20,000 bases of DNA. It comes from Lytechinus pictus. Lineage: Eukaryota. The DNA lies in contig NC_087251.1 of assembly GCF_037042905.1 (NCBI RefSeq), positions 49,718,940-49,738,939 of the forward strand, written 5' to 3'. The translations under genes were made by a program, and so were the position numbers. Shown here piece after piece: positions 9,307-20,000 of the stretch. The number at the start of each line of letters is the position of its first letter. Position 1 is the stretch's first letter. The notes beneath the pieces were generated by a model. It was not told where the DNA came from. It searched no databases and worked only from the letters and a program-made list of their open reading frames with translations.

Positions 9307-12300
9307 AATTTGGACCAGTCGCGGGTAGGGAGAAAAATAAAAACTCATCGGATCTGCTTTATCTTCTGAATATTGATGCCTTTGGATGTTAGAAGATCCC
9401 ACAGAGCGGAGACGGCTGAATTGGGGGGGGTCTCGGGGGCAATTTTGAAGAAATCAATTTGGTCATATTTTGGAAAATTTGGACCAGTCGCGGGTAGGGC
9501 GAAAAATAAAAACTCATCGGATCTGCTTTATCTTCTGAATATTGATGCCTTTGGATGTTAGAAGATCCCACAGAGCGGAGACGGCTGAATTGGGGGGGGT
9601 CTCGGGGGCAATTTTGAAGAAATCAATTTGGTCATATTTTGGAAAATTTGGACCAGTCGCGGGTAGAGCGAAAAATAAAAACTCATCGGATCTGCTTTAT
9701 CTTCTGAATATTGATGCCTTTGGATGTTAGAAGATCCCACAGAGCGGAGACGGCTGAATTGGGGGGGGTCTCGGGGGCAATTTTGAAGAAATCAATTCGG
9801 TCATATTTTGGAAAATTTGGACCAGTCGCGGGTAGGGCGAAAAATAAAAACTCATCGGATCTGCTTTATCTTCTGAATATTGATGCCTTTGGATGTTAGA
9901 AGATCCCACAGAGCGGAGACGGCTGAATTGGGGGGGGTCTCGGGGGCAATTTTGAAGAAATCAATTTGGTCATATTTTGGAAAATTTGGACCAGTCGCGG
10001 GTAGGGCGAAAAATAAAAACTCATCGGATCTGCTTTATCTTCTGAATATTGATGCCTTTGGATGTTAGAAGATCCAACAGAGCGGAGACGGCTGAATTGG
10101 GGGGGGTCTCGGGGGCAATTTTGAAGAAATCAATTTGGTCATATTTTGGAAAATTTGGACCAGTCGCGGGTAGGGCGAAAAATAAAAACTCATCGGATCT
10201 GCTTTATCTTCTAAATATTGATGCCTTTGGATGTTAGAAGATCCCACAGAGCGGAGACGGCTGAATTGGGGGGGGTCTCGGGGGCAATTTTGAAGAAATC
10301 AATTTGGTCATATTTTGGAAAATTTGGACCAGTCGCGGGTAGGGCGAAAAATAAAAACTCATCGGATCTGCTTTATCTTCTGAATATTGATGCCTTTGGA
10401 TGTTAGAAGATCCCACAGAGCGGAGACGGCTGAATTGGCGTGGGTCTCGGGGGCAATTTTGAAGAAATCAATTTGGTCATATTTTGGAAAATTTGGACCA
10501 GTCGCGGGTAGGGCGAAAAATAAAAACTCATCGGATCTGCTTTATCTTCTGAATATTGATGCCTTTGGATGTTAGAAGATCCCACAGAGCGGAGACGGCT
10601 GAATTGGGGGGGGTCTCGGGGGCAATTTTGAAGAAATCAATTTGGTCATATTTTGGAAAATTTGGACCAGTCGCGGGTAGGGCGAAAAATAAAAACTCAT
10701 CGGATCTGCTTTATCTTCTGAATATTGATGCCTTTGGATGTTAGAAGATCCCACAGAGCCGAGACGGCTGAATTGGGGGTGGTCTCGGGGGCAATTTTGA
10801 AGAAATCAATTTGGTCATATTTTGGAAAATTTGGACCAGTCGCGGGTAGGGCGAAAAATAAAAACTCATCGGATCTGCTTTATCTTCTGAATATTGATGC
10901 CTTTGGATGTTAGAAGATCCCACAGAGCGGAGACGGCTGAATTGGGGGGGGGGTCTCGGGGGCAATTTTGAAGAAATCAATTTGGTCATATTTTGGAAAA
11001 TTTGGACCAGTCGCGGGTAGGGCGAAAAATAAAAACTCATCGGATCTGCTTTATCTTCTGAATATTGATGCCTTTGGATGTTAGAAGATCCCACAGAGCA
11101 GAGACGGCTGAATTGGGGGGGGGTCTCTGGGGCAATTTTGAAACAATCAATTTGGTCATATTTTGGAAAATTTGGACCAGTCGCGGGTAGGGCGAAAAAT
11201 GAAAACTCATCGGATCTGCTTTATCTTCTGAATATTGATGCCTTTGGATGTTAGAAGATCCCACAGAGCGGAGACGGCTGAATTGGGGGGGGGGTCTCGG
11301 GGGCAATTTTGAAGAAATCAATTTGGTCATATTTTGGAAAATTTGGACCAGTCGCGGGTAGGGCGAAAAATAAAAACTCATCGGATCTGCTTTATCTTCT
11401 GAATATTGATGCCTTTGGATGTTAGAAGATCCCACAGAGCGGAGACGGCTGAATTGGGGGGGGTCTCGGGGGCAATTTTGAAGAAATCAATTTGGTCATA
11501 TTTTGGAAAATTTGGACCAGTCACGGGTAGGGCGAAAAATAAAAACTCATCGGATCTGCTTTATCTTCTGAATATTGATGCCTTTGGATGTTAGAAGATC
11601 CCACAGAGCGGAGACGGCTGAATTGGTAGGGGTCTCGGGGGCAATTTTGAAGAAATCAATTTGGTCATATTTTGGAAAATTTGGACCAGTCGCGGGTAGG
11701 GAGAAAAATAAAAACTCATCGGATCTGCTTTATCTTCTGAATATTGATGCCTTTGGATGTTAGAAGATCCCACAGAGCGGAGACGGCTGAATTGGGGGGG
11801 GTCTCGGGGGCAATTTTGAAGAAATCAATTTGGTCATATTTTGGAAAATTTGGACCAGTCGCGGGTAGGGCGAAAAATAAAAACTCATCTGATCTGCTTT
11901 ATCTTCTGAATATTGATGCCTTTGGATGTTAGAAGATCCCACAGAGCGGAGACGGCTGAATTGGGGGGGGTCTCGGGGGCAATTTTGAAGAAATCAATTT
12001 GGTCATATTTTGGAAAATTTGGACCAGTCGCGGGTAGAGCGAAAAATAAAAACTCATCGGATCTGCTTTATCTTCTGAATATTGATGCCTTTGGATGTTA
12101 GAAGATCCCACAGAGCGGAGACGGCTGAATTGGGGGGGGTCTCGGGGGCAATTTTGAAGAAATCAATTCGGTCATATTTTGGAAAATTTGGACCAGTCGC
12201 GGGTAGGGCGAAAAATAAAAACTCATCGGATCTGCTTTATCTTCTGAATATTGATGCCTTTGGATGTTAGAAGATCCCACAGAGCAGAGACGGCTGAATT

Positions 12301-13541
12301 GGGGGGGGTCTCGGGGGCAATTTTGAAGAAATCAATTTGGTCATATTTTGGAAAATTTGGACCAGTCGCGGGTAGGGCGAAAAATAAAAACTCATCGGAT
12401 CTGCTTTATCTTCTGAATATTGATGCCTTTGGATGTTAGAAGATCCAACAGAGCGGAGACGGCTGAATTGGGGGGGGTCTCGGGGGCAATTTTGAAGAAA
12501 TCAATTTGGTCATATTTTGGAAAATTTGGACCAGTCGCGGGTAGGGCGAAAAATAAAAACTCATCGGATCTGCTTTATCTTCTAAATATTGATGCCTTTG
12601 GATGTTAGAAGATCCCACAGAGCGGAGACGGCTGAATTGGGGGGGGTCTCGGGGGCAATTTTGAAGAAATCAATTTGGTCATATTTTGGAAAATTTGGAC
12701 CAGTCGCGGGTAGGGCGAAAAATAAAAACTCATCGGATCTGCTTTATCTTCTGAATATTGATGCCTTTGGATGTTAGAAGATCCCACAGAGCGGAGACGG
12801 CTGAATTGGCGTGGGTCTCGGGGGCAATTTTGAAGAAATCAATTTGGTCATATTTTGGAAAATTTGGACCAGTCGCGGGTAGGGCGAAAAATAAAAACTC
12901 ATCGGATCTGCTTTATCTTCTGAATATTGATGCCTTTGGATGTTAGAAGATCCCACAGAGCGGAGACGGCTGAATTGGGGGGGGTCTCAGGGGGCAATTT
13001 TGAAGAAATCAATTTGGTCATATTTTGGAAAATTTGGACCAGTCGCGGGTAGGGCGAAAAATAAAAACTCATCGGATCTGCTTTATCTTCTGAATATTGA
13101 TGCCTTTGGATGTTAGAAGATCCCACAGAGCCGAGACGGCTGAATTGGGGGTGGTCTCGGGGGCAATTTTGAAGAAATCAATTTGGTCATATTTTGGAAA
13201 ATTTGGACCAGTCGCGGGTAGGGCGAAAAATAAAAACTCATCGGATCTGCTTTATCTTCTGAATATTGATGCCTTTGGATGTTAGAAGATCCCACAGAGC
13301 GGAGACGGCTGAATTGGGGGGGGGGGGTCTCGGGGGCAATTTTGAAGAAATCAATTTGGTCATATTTTGGAAAATTTGGACCAGTCGTGGGTAGGGCGAA
13401 AAATAAAAACTCATCGGATCTGCTTTATCTTCTGAATATTGATGCCTTTGGATGTTAGAAGATCCCACAGAGCGGAGACGGCTGAATTGGGGGGGGTCTC
13501 TGGGGCAATTTTGAAGAAATCAATTTGGTCATATTTTGGAA
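9307..13541 (+). repeat. Higher-order duplication with 14-monomer (2371-bp) offset: m56-m66 vs m70-m80
   Basis: Shared variants in the same order: AGGGAGAA 9331/11702; TAGAGCG 9667/12038; AATTCGG 9798/12169; GATCCAAC 10076/12447; CTAAAT 10213/12584; GGCGTGGG 10439/12810; GAGCCGAG 10760/13132; GGGGGTGG 10780/13152; TCTCTGGGG 11128/13501. Confidence 0.9.
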
Positions 13542-16500
13542 AATTTGGACCAGTCGCGGGTAGGGCGAAAAATAAAAACTCATCGGATCTGCTTTAACTT
13601 CTGAATATTGATGCCTTTGGATGTTAGAAGATCCCACAGAGCGGAGACGGCTGAATTGGGGGGGGTCTCGGGGGCAATTTTGAAGAAATCAATTTGGTCA
13701 TATTTTGGAAAATTTGGACCAGTCGCGGGTAGGGCGAAAAATAAAAACTCATCGGATCTGCTTTATCTTCTGAATATTGATGCCTTTGGATGTTTGAAGA
13801 TCCCACAGAGCGGAGACGGCTGAATTGGGGGGGGGTCTCGGGGGCAATTTTGAAGAAATAAATTTGGTCATATTTTGGAAAATTTGGACCAGTCGCGGGT
13901 AGGGCGAAAAATGAAAACTCATCGGATCTGCTTTATCTTCTGAATATTGATGCCTTTGGATGTTAGAAGATCCCACAGAGCGGAGACGGCTGAATTGGGG
14001 GGGGTCTTTTGGGCAATTTTGAAGAAATCAATTTGGTCATATTTTGGAAAATTTGGACCAGTCGCGGGTAGGGCGAAAAATAAAAACTCATCGGATCTGC
14101 TTTATCTTCTGAATATTGATGCCTTTGGATGTTAGAAGATCCCACAGAGCGGAGACGGCTGAATTGGGGGGGGTCTCGGGGGCAATTTTGAAGAAATCAA
14201 TTTGGTCATATTTTGGAAAATTTGGACCAGTCGCGGGTAGGGCGAAAAATAAAAACTCATCGGATCTGCTTTATCTTCTGAATATTGATGCCTTTGGATG
14301 TTAGAAGATCCCACAGAGCGGAGACGGCTGAATTGGGGGGGGTCTCGGGGGCAATTTTGAAGAAATCAATTTGGTCATATTTTGGAAAATTTGGACCAGT
14401 CGCAGGTAGGGCGAAAAATAAAAACTCATCGGATCTGCTTTATCTTCTGAATATTGATGCCTTTGGATGTTAGAAGATCCCACAGAGCGGAGACGGCTGA
14501 ATTGGGGGGGGTCTCGGGGGCAATTTTGAAGAAATCAATTTGGTCATATTTTGGAAAATTTGGACCAGTCGCGGGTAGGGCGAAAAATAAAAACTCATCG
14601 GATCTGCTTTATCTTCTGAATATTGATGCCTTTGGATGTTAGAAGATCCCACAGAGCGGAGACGGCTGAATTGGGGGGGGTCTCGGGGGCAATTTTGAAG
14701 AAATCAATTTGGTCATATTTTGGAAAATTTGGACCAGTCGCGGGTAGGGCGAAAAATAAAAACTCATCGGATCTGCTTTATCTTCTGAATATTGATGCCT
14801 TTGGATGTTAGAAGATCCCACAGAGCGGAGACGGCTGAATTGGGGGGGGGTCTCGGGGGCAATTTTGAAACAATCAATTTGGTCATATTTTGGAAAATTT
14901 GGACCAGTCGCGGGTAGGGCGAAAAATGAAAACTCATCGGATCTGCTTTATCTTCTGAATATTGATGCCTTTGGATGTTAGAAGATCCCACAGAGCGGAG
15001 ACGGCTGAATTGGGGGGGGGGTCTCGGGGGCAATTTTGAAGAAATCAATTTGGTCATATTTTGGAAAATTTGGACCAGTCGCGGGTAGGGCGAAAAATAA
15101 AAACTCATCGGATCTGCTTTATCTTCTGAATATTGATGCCTTTGGATGTTAGAAGATCCCACAGAGCGGAGACGGCTGAATTGGGGGGGGGTCTCGGGGG
15201 CAATTTTGAAGAAATCAATTTGGTCATATTTTGGAAAATTTGGACCAGTCACGGGTAGGGCGAAAAATAAAAACTCATCGGATCTGCTTTATCTTCTGAA
15301 TATTGATGCCTTTGGATGTTAGAAGATCCCACAGAGCGGAGACGGCTGAATTGGTAGGGGTCTCGGGGGCAATTTTGAAGAAATCAATTTGGTCATATTT
15401 TGGAAAATTTGGACCAGTCGCGGGTAGGGAGAAAAATAAAAACTCATCGGATCTGCTTTATCTTCTGAATATTGATGCCTTTGGATGTTAGAAGATCCCA
15501 CAGAGCGGAGACGGCTGAATTGGGGGGGGTCTCGGGGGCAATTTTGAAGAAATCAATTTGGTCATATTTTGGAAAATTTGGACCAGTCGCGGGTAGGGCG
15601 AAAAATAAAAACTCATCGGATCTGCTTTATCTTCTGAATATTGATGCCTTTGGATGTTAGAAGATCCCACAGAGCGGAGACGGCTGAATTGGGGGGGTCT
15701 CGGGGGCAATTTTGAAGAAATCAATTTGGTCATATTTTGGAAAATTTGGACCAGTCGCGGGTAGAGCGAAAAATAAAAACTCATCGGATCTGCTTTATCT
15801 TCTGAATATTGATGCCTTTGGATGTTAGAAGATCCCACAGAGCGGAGACGGCTGAATTGGGGGGGGTCTCGGGGGCAATTTTGAAGAAATCAATTCGGTC
15901 ATATTTTGGAAAATTTGGACCAGTCGCGGGTAGGGCGAAAAATAAAAACTCATCGGATCTGCTTTATCTTCTGAATATTGATGCCTTTGGATGTTAGAAG
16001 ATCCCACAGAGCGGAGACGGCTGAATTGGGGGGGGTCTCGGGGGCAATTTTGAAGAAATCAATTTGGTCATATTTTGGAAAATTTGGACCAGTCGCGGGT
16101 AGGGCGAAAAATAAAAACTCATCGGATCTGCTTTATCTTCTGAATATTGATGCCTTTGGATGTTAGAAGATCCCACAGAGCGGAGACGGCTGAATTGGGG
16201 GGGGTCTCGGGGGCAATTTTGAAGAAATCAATTTGGTCATATTTTGGAAAATTTGGACCAGTCGCGGGTAGGGCGAAAAATAAAAACTCATCGGATCTGC
16301 TTTATCTTCTGAATATTGATGCCTTTGGATGTAAGAAGATCCCACAGAGCGGAGACGGCTGAATTGGGTGGGGTCTCGGGGGCAATTTTGAAGAAATCAA
16401 TTTGGTCATATTTTGGAAAATTTGGACCAGTCGCGGGTAGGGCGAAAAATAAAAACTCATCGGATCTGCTTTATCTTCTGAATATTGATGCCTTTGGATG

Positions 16501-17095
16501 TTAGAAGATCCCACAGAGCGGAGACGGCTGAATTGGGGGGGGTCTCGGGGGCAATTTTGAAGAAATCAATTTGGTCATATTTTGGAAAATTTGGACCAGT
16601 CGCGGGTAGGGCGAAAAATAAAAACTCATCGGATCTGCTTTATCTTCTGAATATTGATGCCTTTGGATGTTAGAAGATCCCACAGAGCCGAGACGGCTGA
16701 ATTGGGGGGGTCTCGGGGGCAATTTTGAAGAAATCAATTTGGTCATATTTTGGAAAATTTGGACCAGTCGCGGGTAGGGCGAAAAATAAAAACTCATCGG
16801 ATCTGCTTTATCTTCTGAATATTGATGCCTTTGGATGTTAGAAGATCCCACAGAGCGGAGACGGCTGAATTGGGGGGGGGGTCTCGGGGGCAATTTTGAA
16901 GAAATCAATTTGGTCATATTTTGGAAAATTTGGACCAGTCGCGGGTAGGGCGAAAAATAAAAACTCATCGGATCTGCTTTATCTTCTGAATATTGATGCC
17001 TTTGGATGTTAGAAGATCCCACAGAGCGGAGACGGCTGAATTGGGGGGGGTCTCTGGGGCAATTTTGAAGAAATCAATTTGGTCATATTTTGGAA
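12523..17095 (+). repeat. Second copy of a long higher-order unit: m75-m101 corresponds to m1-m27 (1-4564) at a 74-monomer, ~12.53-kb offset
   Basis: Collinear shared variants: 62/12584, 629/13152, 975/13501, 1071/13597, 1332/13860, 2720/15251, 2824/15355, 3235/15765, 3366/15896, 3802/16333, 4524/17055. Offsets are 12522-12531 bp. Confidence 0.82.
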
Positions 17096-20000
17096 AATTT
17101 GGACCAGTCGCGGGTAGGGCGAAAAATAAAAACTCATCGGATCTGCTTTAACTTCTGAATATTGATGCCTTTGGATGTTAGAAGATCCCACAGAGCGGAG
17201 ACGGCTGAATTGGGGGGGGTCTCGGGGGCAATTTTGAAGAAATCAATTTGGTCATATTTTGGAAAATTTGGACCAGTCGCGGGTAGGGCGAAAAATAAAA
17301 ACTCATCGGATCTGCTTTATCTTCTGAATATTGATGCCTTTGGATGTTAGAAGATCCCACAGAGCGGAGACGGCTGAATTGGGGGGGGTCTCGGGGGCAA
17401 TTTTGAAGAAATCAATTTGGTCATATTTTGGAAAATTTCGACCAGTCGCGGGTAGGGCGAAAAATAAAAACTCATCGGATCTGCTTTATCTTCTGAATAT
17501 TGATGCCTTTGGATGTTAGAAGATCCCACAGAGCGGAGACGGCTGAATTGGGGGGGGTCTCGGGGGCAATTTTGAAGAAATCAATTTGGTCATATTTTGG
17601 AAAATTTGGACCAGTCGCGGGTAGGGCGAAAAATAAAAACTCATCGGATCTGCTTTATCTTCTGAATATTGATGCCTTTGGATGTTAGAAGATCCCACAG
17701 AGCGGAGACGGCTGAATTGGGGGGGGGGTCTCGGGGGCAATTTTGAAGAAATCAATTCGGTCATATTTTGGAAAATTTGGACCAGTCGCGGGTAGGGCGA
17801 AAAATAAAAACTCATCGGATCTGCTTTATCTTCTGAATATTGATGCCTTTGGATGTTAGAAGATCCCACAGAGCGGAGACGGCTGAATTGGGGGGGGTCT
17901 CGGGGGCAATTTTGAAGAAATCAATTTGGTCATATTTTGGAAAATTTGGACCAGTCGCGGGTAGGGCGAAAAATAAAAACTCATCGGATCTGCTTTATCT
18001 TCTGAATATTGATGCCTTTGGATGTTAGAAGATCCCACAGAGCGGAGACGGCTGAATTGGGGGGGGTCTCGGGGGCAATTTTGAAGAAATCAATTTGGTC
18101 ATATTTTGGAAAATTTGGACCAGTCGCGGGTAGGGCGAAAAATAAAAACTCATCGGATCTGCTTTATCTTCTGAATATTGATGCCTTTGGATGTTAGAAG
18201 ATCCCACAGAGCGGAGACGGCTGAATTGGGGGGGGGTCTCGGGGGCAATTTTGAAGAAATCAATTTGGTCATATTTTGGAAAATTTGGACCAGTCGCGGG
18301 TAGGGCGAAAAATAAAAACTCATCGGATCTGCTTTATCTTCTGAATATTGATGCCTTTGGATGTTAGAAGATCCCACAGAGCGGAGACGGCTGAATTGGG
18401 GGGGTCTCGGGGGCAATTTTGAAGAAATCAATTTGGTCATATTTTGGAAAATTTGGACCAGTCGCGGGTAGGGCGAAAAATAAAAACTCATCGGATCTGC
18501 TTTATCTTCTGAATATTGATGCCTTTGGATGTTAGAAGATCCCACAGAGCGGAGACGGCTGAATTGGGGGGGGTCTCGGGGGCAATTTTGAAGAAATCAA
18601 TTTGGTCATATTTTGGAAAATTTGGACCAGTCGCGGGTAGGGCGAAAAATAAAAACTCATCGGATCTGCTTTATCTTCTGAATATTGATGCCTTTGGATG
18701 TTAGAAGATCCCACAGAGCGAGACGGCTGAATTGGGGGGGGTCTCGGGGGCAATTTTGAAGAAATCAATTTGGTCATATTTTGGAAAATTTGGACCAGTC
18801 GCGGGTAGGGCGAAAAATAAAAACTCATCGGATCTGCTTTATCTTCTGAATATTGATGCCTTTGGATGTTAGAAGATCCCACAGAGCGGAGACGGCTGAA
18901 TTGGGGGGGTCTCGGGGGCAATTTTGAAGAAATCAATTTGGTCATATTTTGGAAAATTTGGACCAGTCGCGGGTAGGGCGAAAAATAAAAACTCATCGGA
19001 TCTGCTTTATCTTCTGAATATTGATGCCTTTGGATGTTAGAAGATCCCACAGAGCGGAGACGGCTGAATTGGGCGGGTCTCGGGGCAATTTTGAAGAAAT
19101 CAATTTGGTCATATTTTGGAAAATTTGGACCAGTCGCGGGTAGGGCGAAAAATAAAAACTCATCGGATCTGCTTTATCTTCTGAATATTGATGCCTTTGG
19201 ATGTTAGAAGATCCCACAGAGCGGAGACGGCTGAATTGGGGGGGGTCTCGGGGGCAATTTTGAAGAAATCAATTTGGTCATAGTTTGGAAAATTTGGACC
19301 AGTCGCGGGTAGGGCGAAAAATAAAAACTCATCGGATCTGCTTTATCTTCTGAATATTGATGCCTTTGGATGTTAGAAGATCCCACAGAGCAGGAGACGG
19401 CTGAATTGGGGGGGGTCTCGGGGGCAATTTTGAAGAAATCAATTTGGTCATATTTTGGAAAATTTGGACCAGTCGCGGGTAGGGCGAAAAATAAAAACTC
19501 ATCGGATCTGCTTTATCTTCTGAATATTGATGCCTTTGGATGTTAGAAGATCCCACAGAGCGGAGACGGCTGAATTGGGGGGGGTCTCGGGGGCAATTTT
19601 GAAGAAATCAATTTGGTCATATTTTGGAAAATTTGGACCAGTCGCGGGTAGGGCGAAAAATAAAAACTCATCGGATCTGCTTTATCTTCTGAATATTGAT
19701 GCCTTTGGATGTTAGAAGATCCCACAGAGCGGAGACGGCTGAATTGGGGGGGGTCTCGGGGGCAATTTTGAAGAAATCAATTTGGTCATATTTTGGAAAA
19801 TTTGGACCAGTCGCGGGTAGGGCGAAAAATAAAAACTCATCGGATCTGCTTTATCTTCTGAATATTGATGCCTTTGGATGTTAGAAGATCCCACAGAGCG
19901 GAGACGGCTGAATTGGGGGGGGTCTCGGGGGCAATTTTGAAGAAATCAATTTGGTCATATTTTGGAAAATTTGGACCAGTCGCGGGTAGGGCGAAAAATA

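Larger units (their letters stand above)
1..20000. repeat. Tandem satellite DNA array, 169-bp monomer, ~118.2 head-to-tail copies, extending past both window edges
   Basis: AATTTGGACCAGTCGCGGG recurs at 1, 170, 339, 508, 677, 846, 1016 ... 19630, 19799, 19968. Unit lengths are 167-173 bp, with a mode of 169. All copies have the same orientation, and there is no unique sequence or spacer anywhere. The identical ORFs every 169 bp in the supplied track confirm the period. Confidence 0.99.

Noticed and set aside
67..19894. About 190 short ORFs (60-173 aa) on both strands, e.g. MMPLDVRRSHRAETAELGG... and MGSSNIQRHQYSEDK...
   Set aside because: They are translations of the same 169-bp unit. 169 is not a multiple of 3, the ORFs overlap each other, most depend on TTG/GTG starts, and their lengths change with homopolymer indels. 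I recognise no domain in them.
1..20000. CRISPR array or other repeat-spacer system
   Set aside because: There are no unique spacers; the whole 169 bp is repeated. No cas genes or leader are present.
1..20000. Rolling-circle or concatemer sequencing artefact of a single 169-bp circle
   Set aside because: Specific substitutions recur in ordered multi-monomer patterns at fixed offsets, which random errors on one template would not produce. Local mis-assembly is still possible.

Overview
The whole 20 kb window is one uninterrupted head-to-tail tandem array (satellite DNA) of a 169-bp monomer: 118 complete copies plus 33 bp of a 119th. Consensus, counted from position 1: AATTTGGACCAGTCGCGGGTAGGGCGAAAAATAAAAACTCATCGGATCTGCTTTATCTTCTGAATATTGATGCCTTTGGATGTTAGAAGATCCCACAGAGCGGAGACGGCTGAATTGGGGGGGGTCTCGGGGGCAATTTTGAAGAAATCAATTTGGTCATATTTTGGAA (about 44% GC; 49 G vs 26 C on the + strand). 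Most copies differ from the consensus by 0-3 bases, often only in G8-run length. I see no credible gene, RNA gene, transposon or CRISPR array; the ORF track is a by-product of the repeat. The information is in the rare variants. They recur in the same order at offsets of 74 monomers (~12.53 kb), 14 monomers (2371 bp) and 21-22 monomers (~3.55-3.73 kb), which indicates nested higher-order duplications. Locally homogenised blocks of variant monomers overlie this pattern. Each monomer also contains three imperfect dyads, a CENP-B-box-like 17-mer on the minus strand (8/9 core bases) and G-rich tracts. This fits a young, highly homogeneous, nucleosome-sized eukaryotic satellite that may be centromeric. 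I cannot identify the organism or family from the sequence alone. Monomers are numbered from position 1 (m1=1, m9=1353, m17=2706, m40=6598, m56=9307, m70=11678, m75=12523, m91=15237, m118=19799), and all counts were done by eye.
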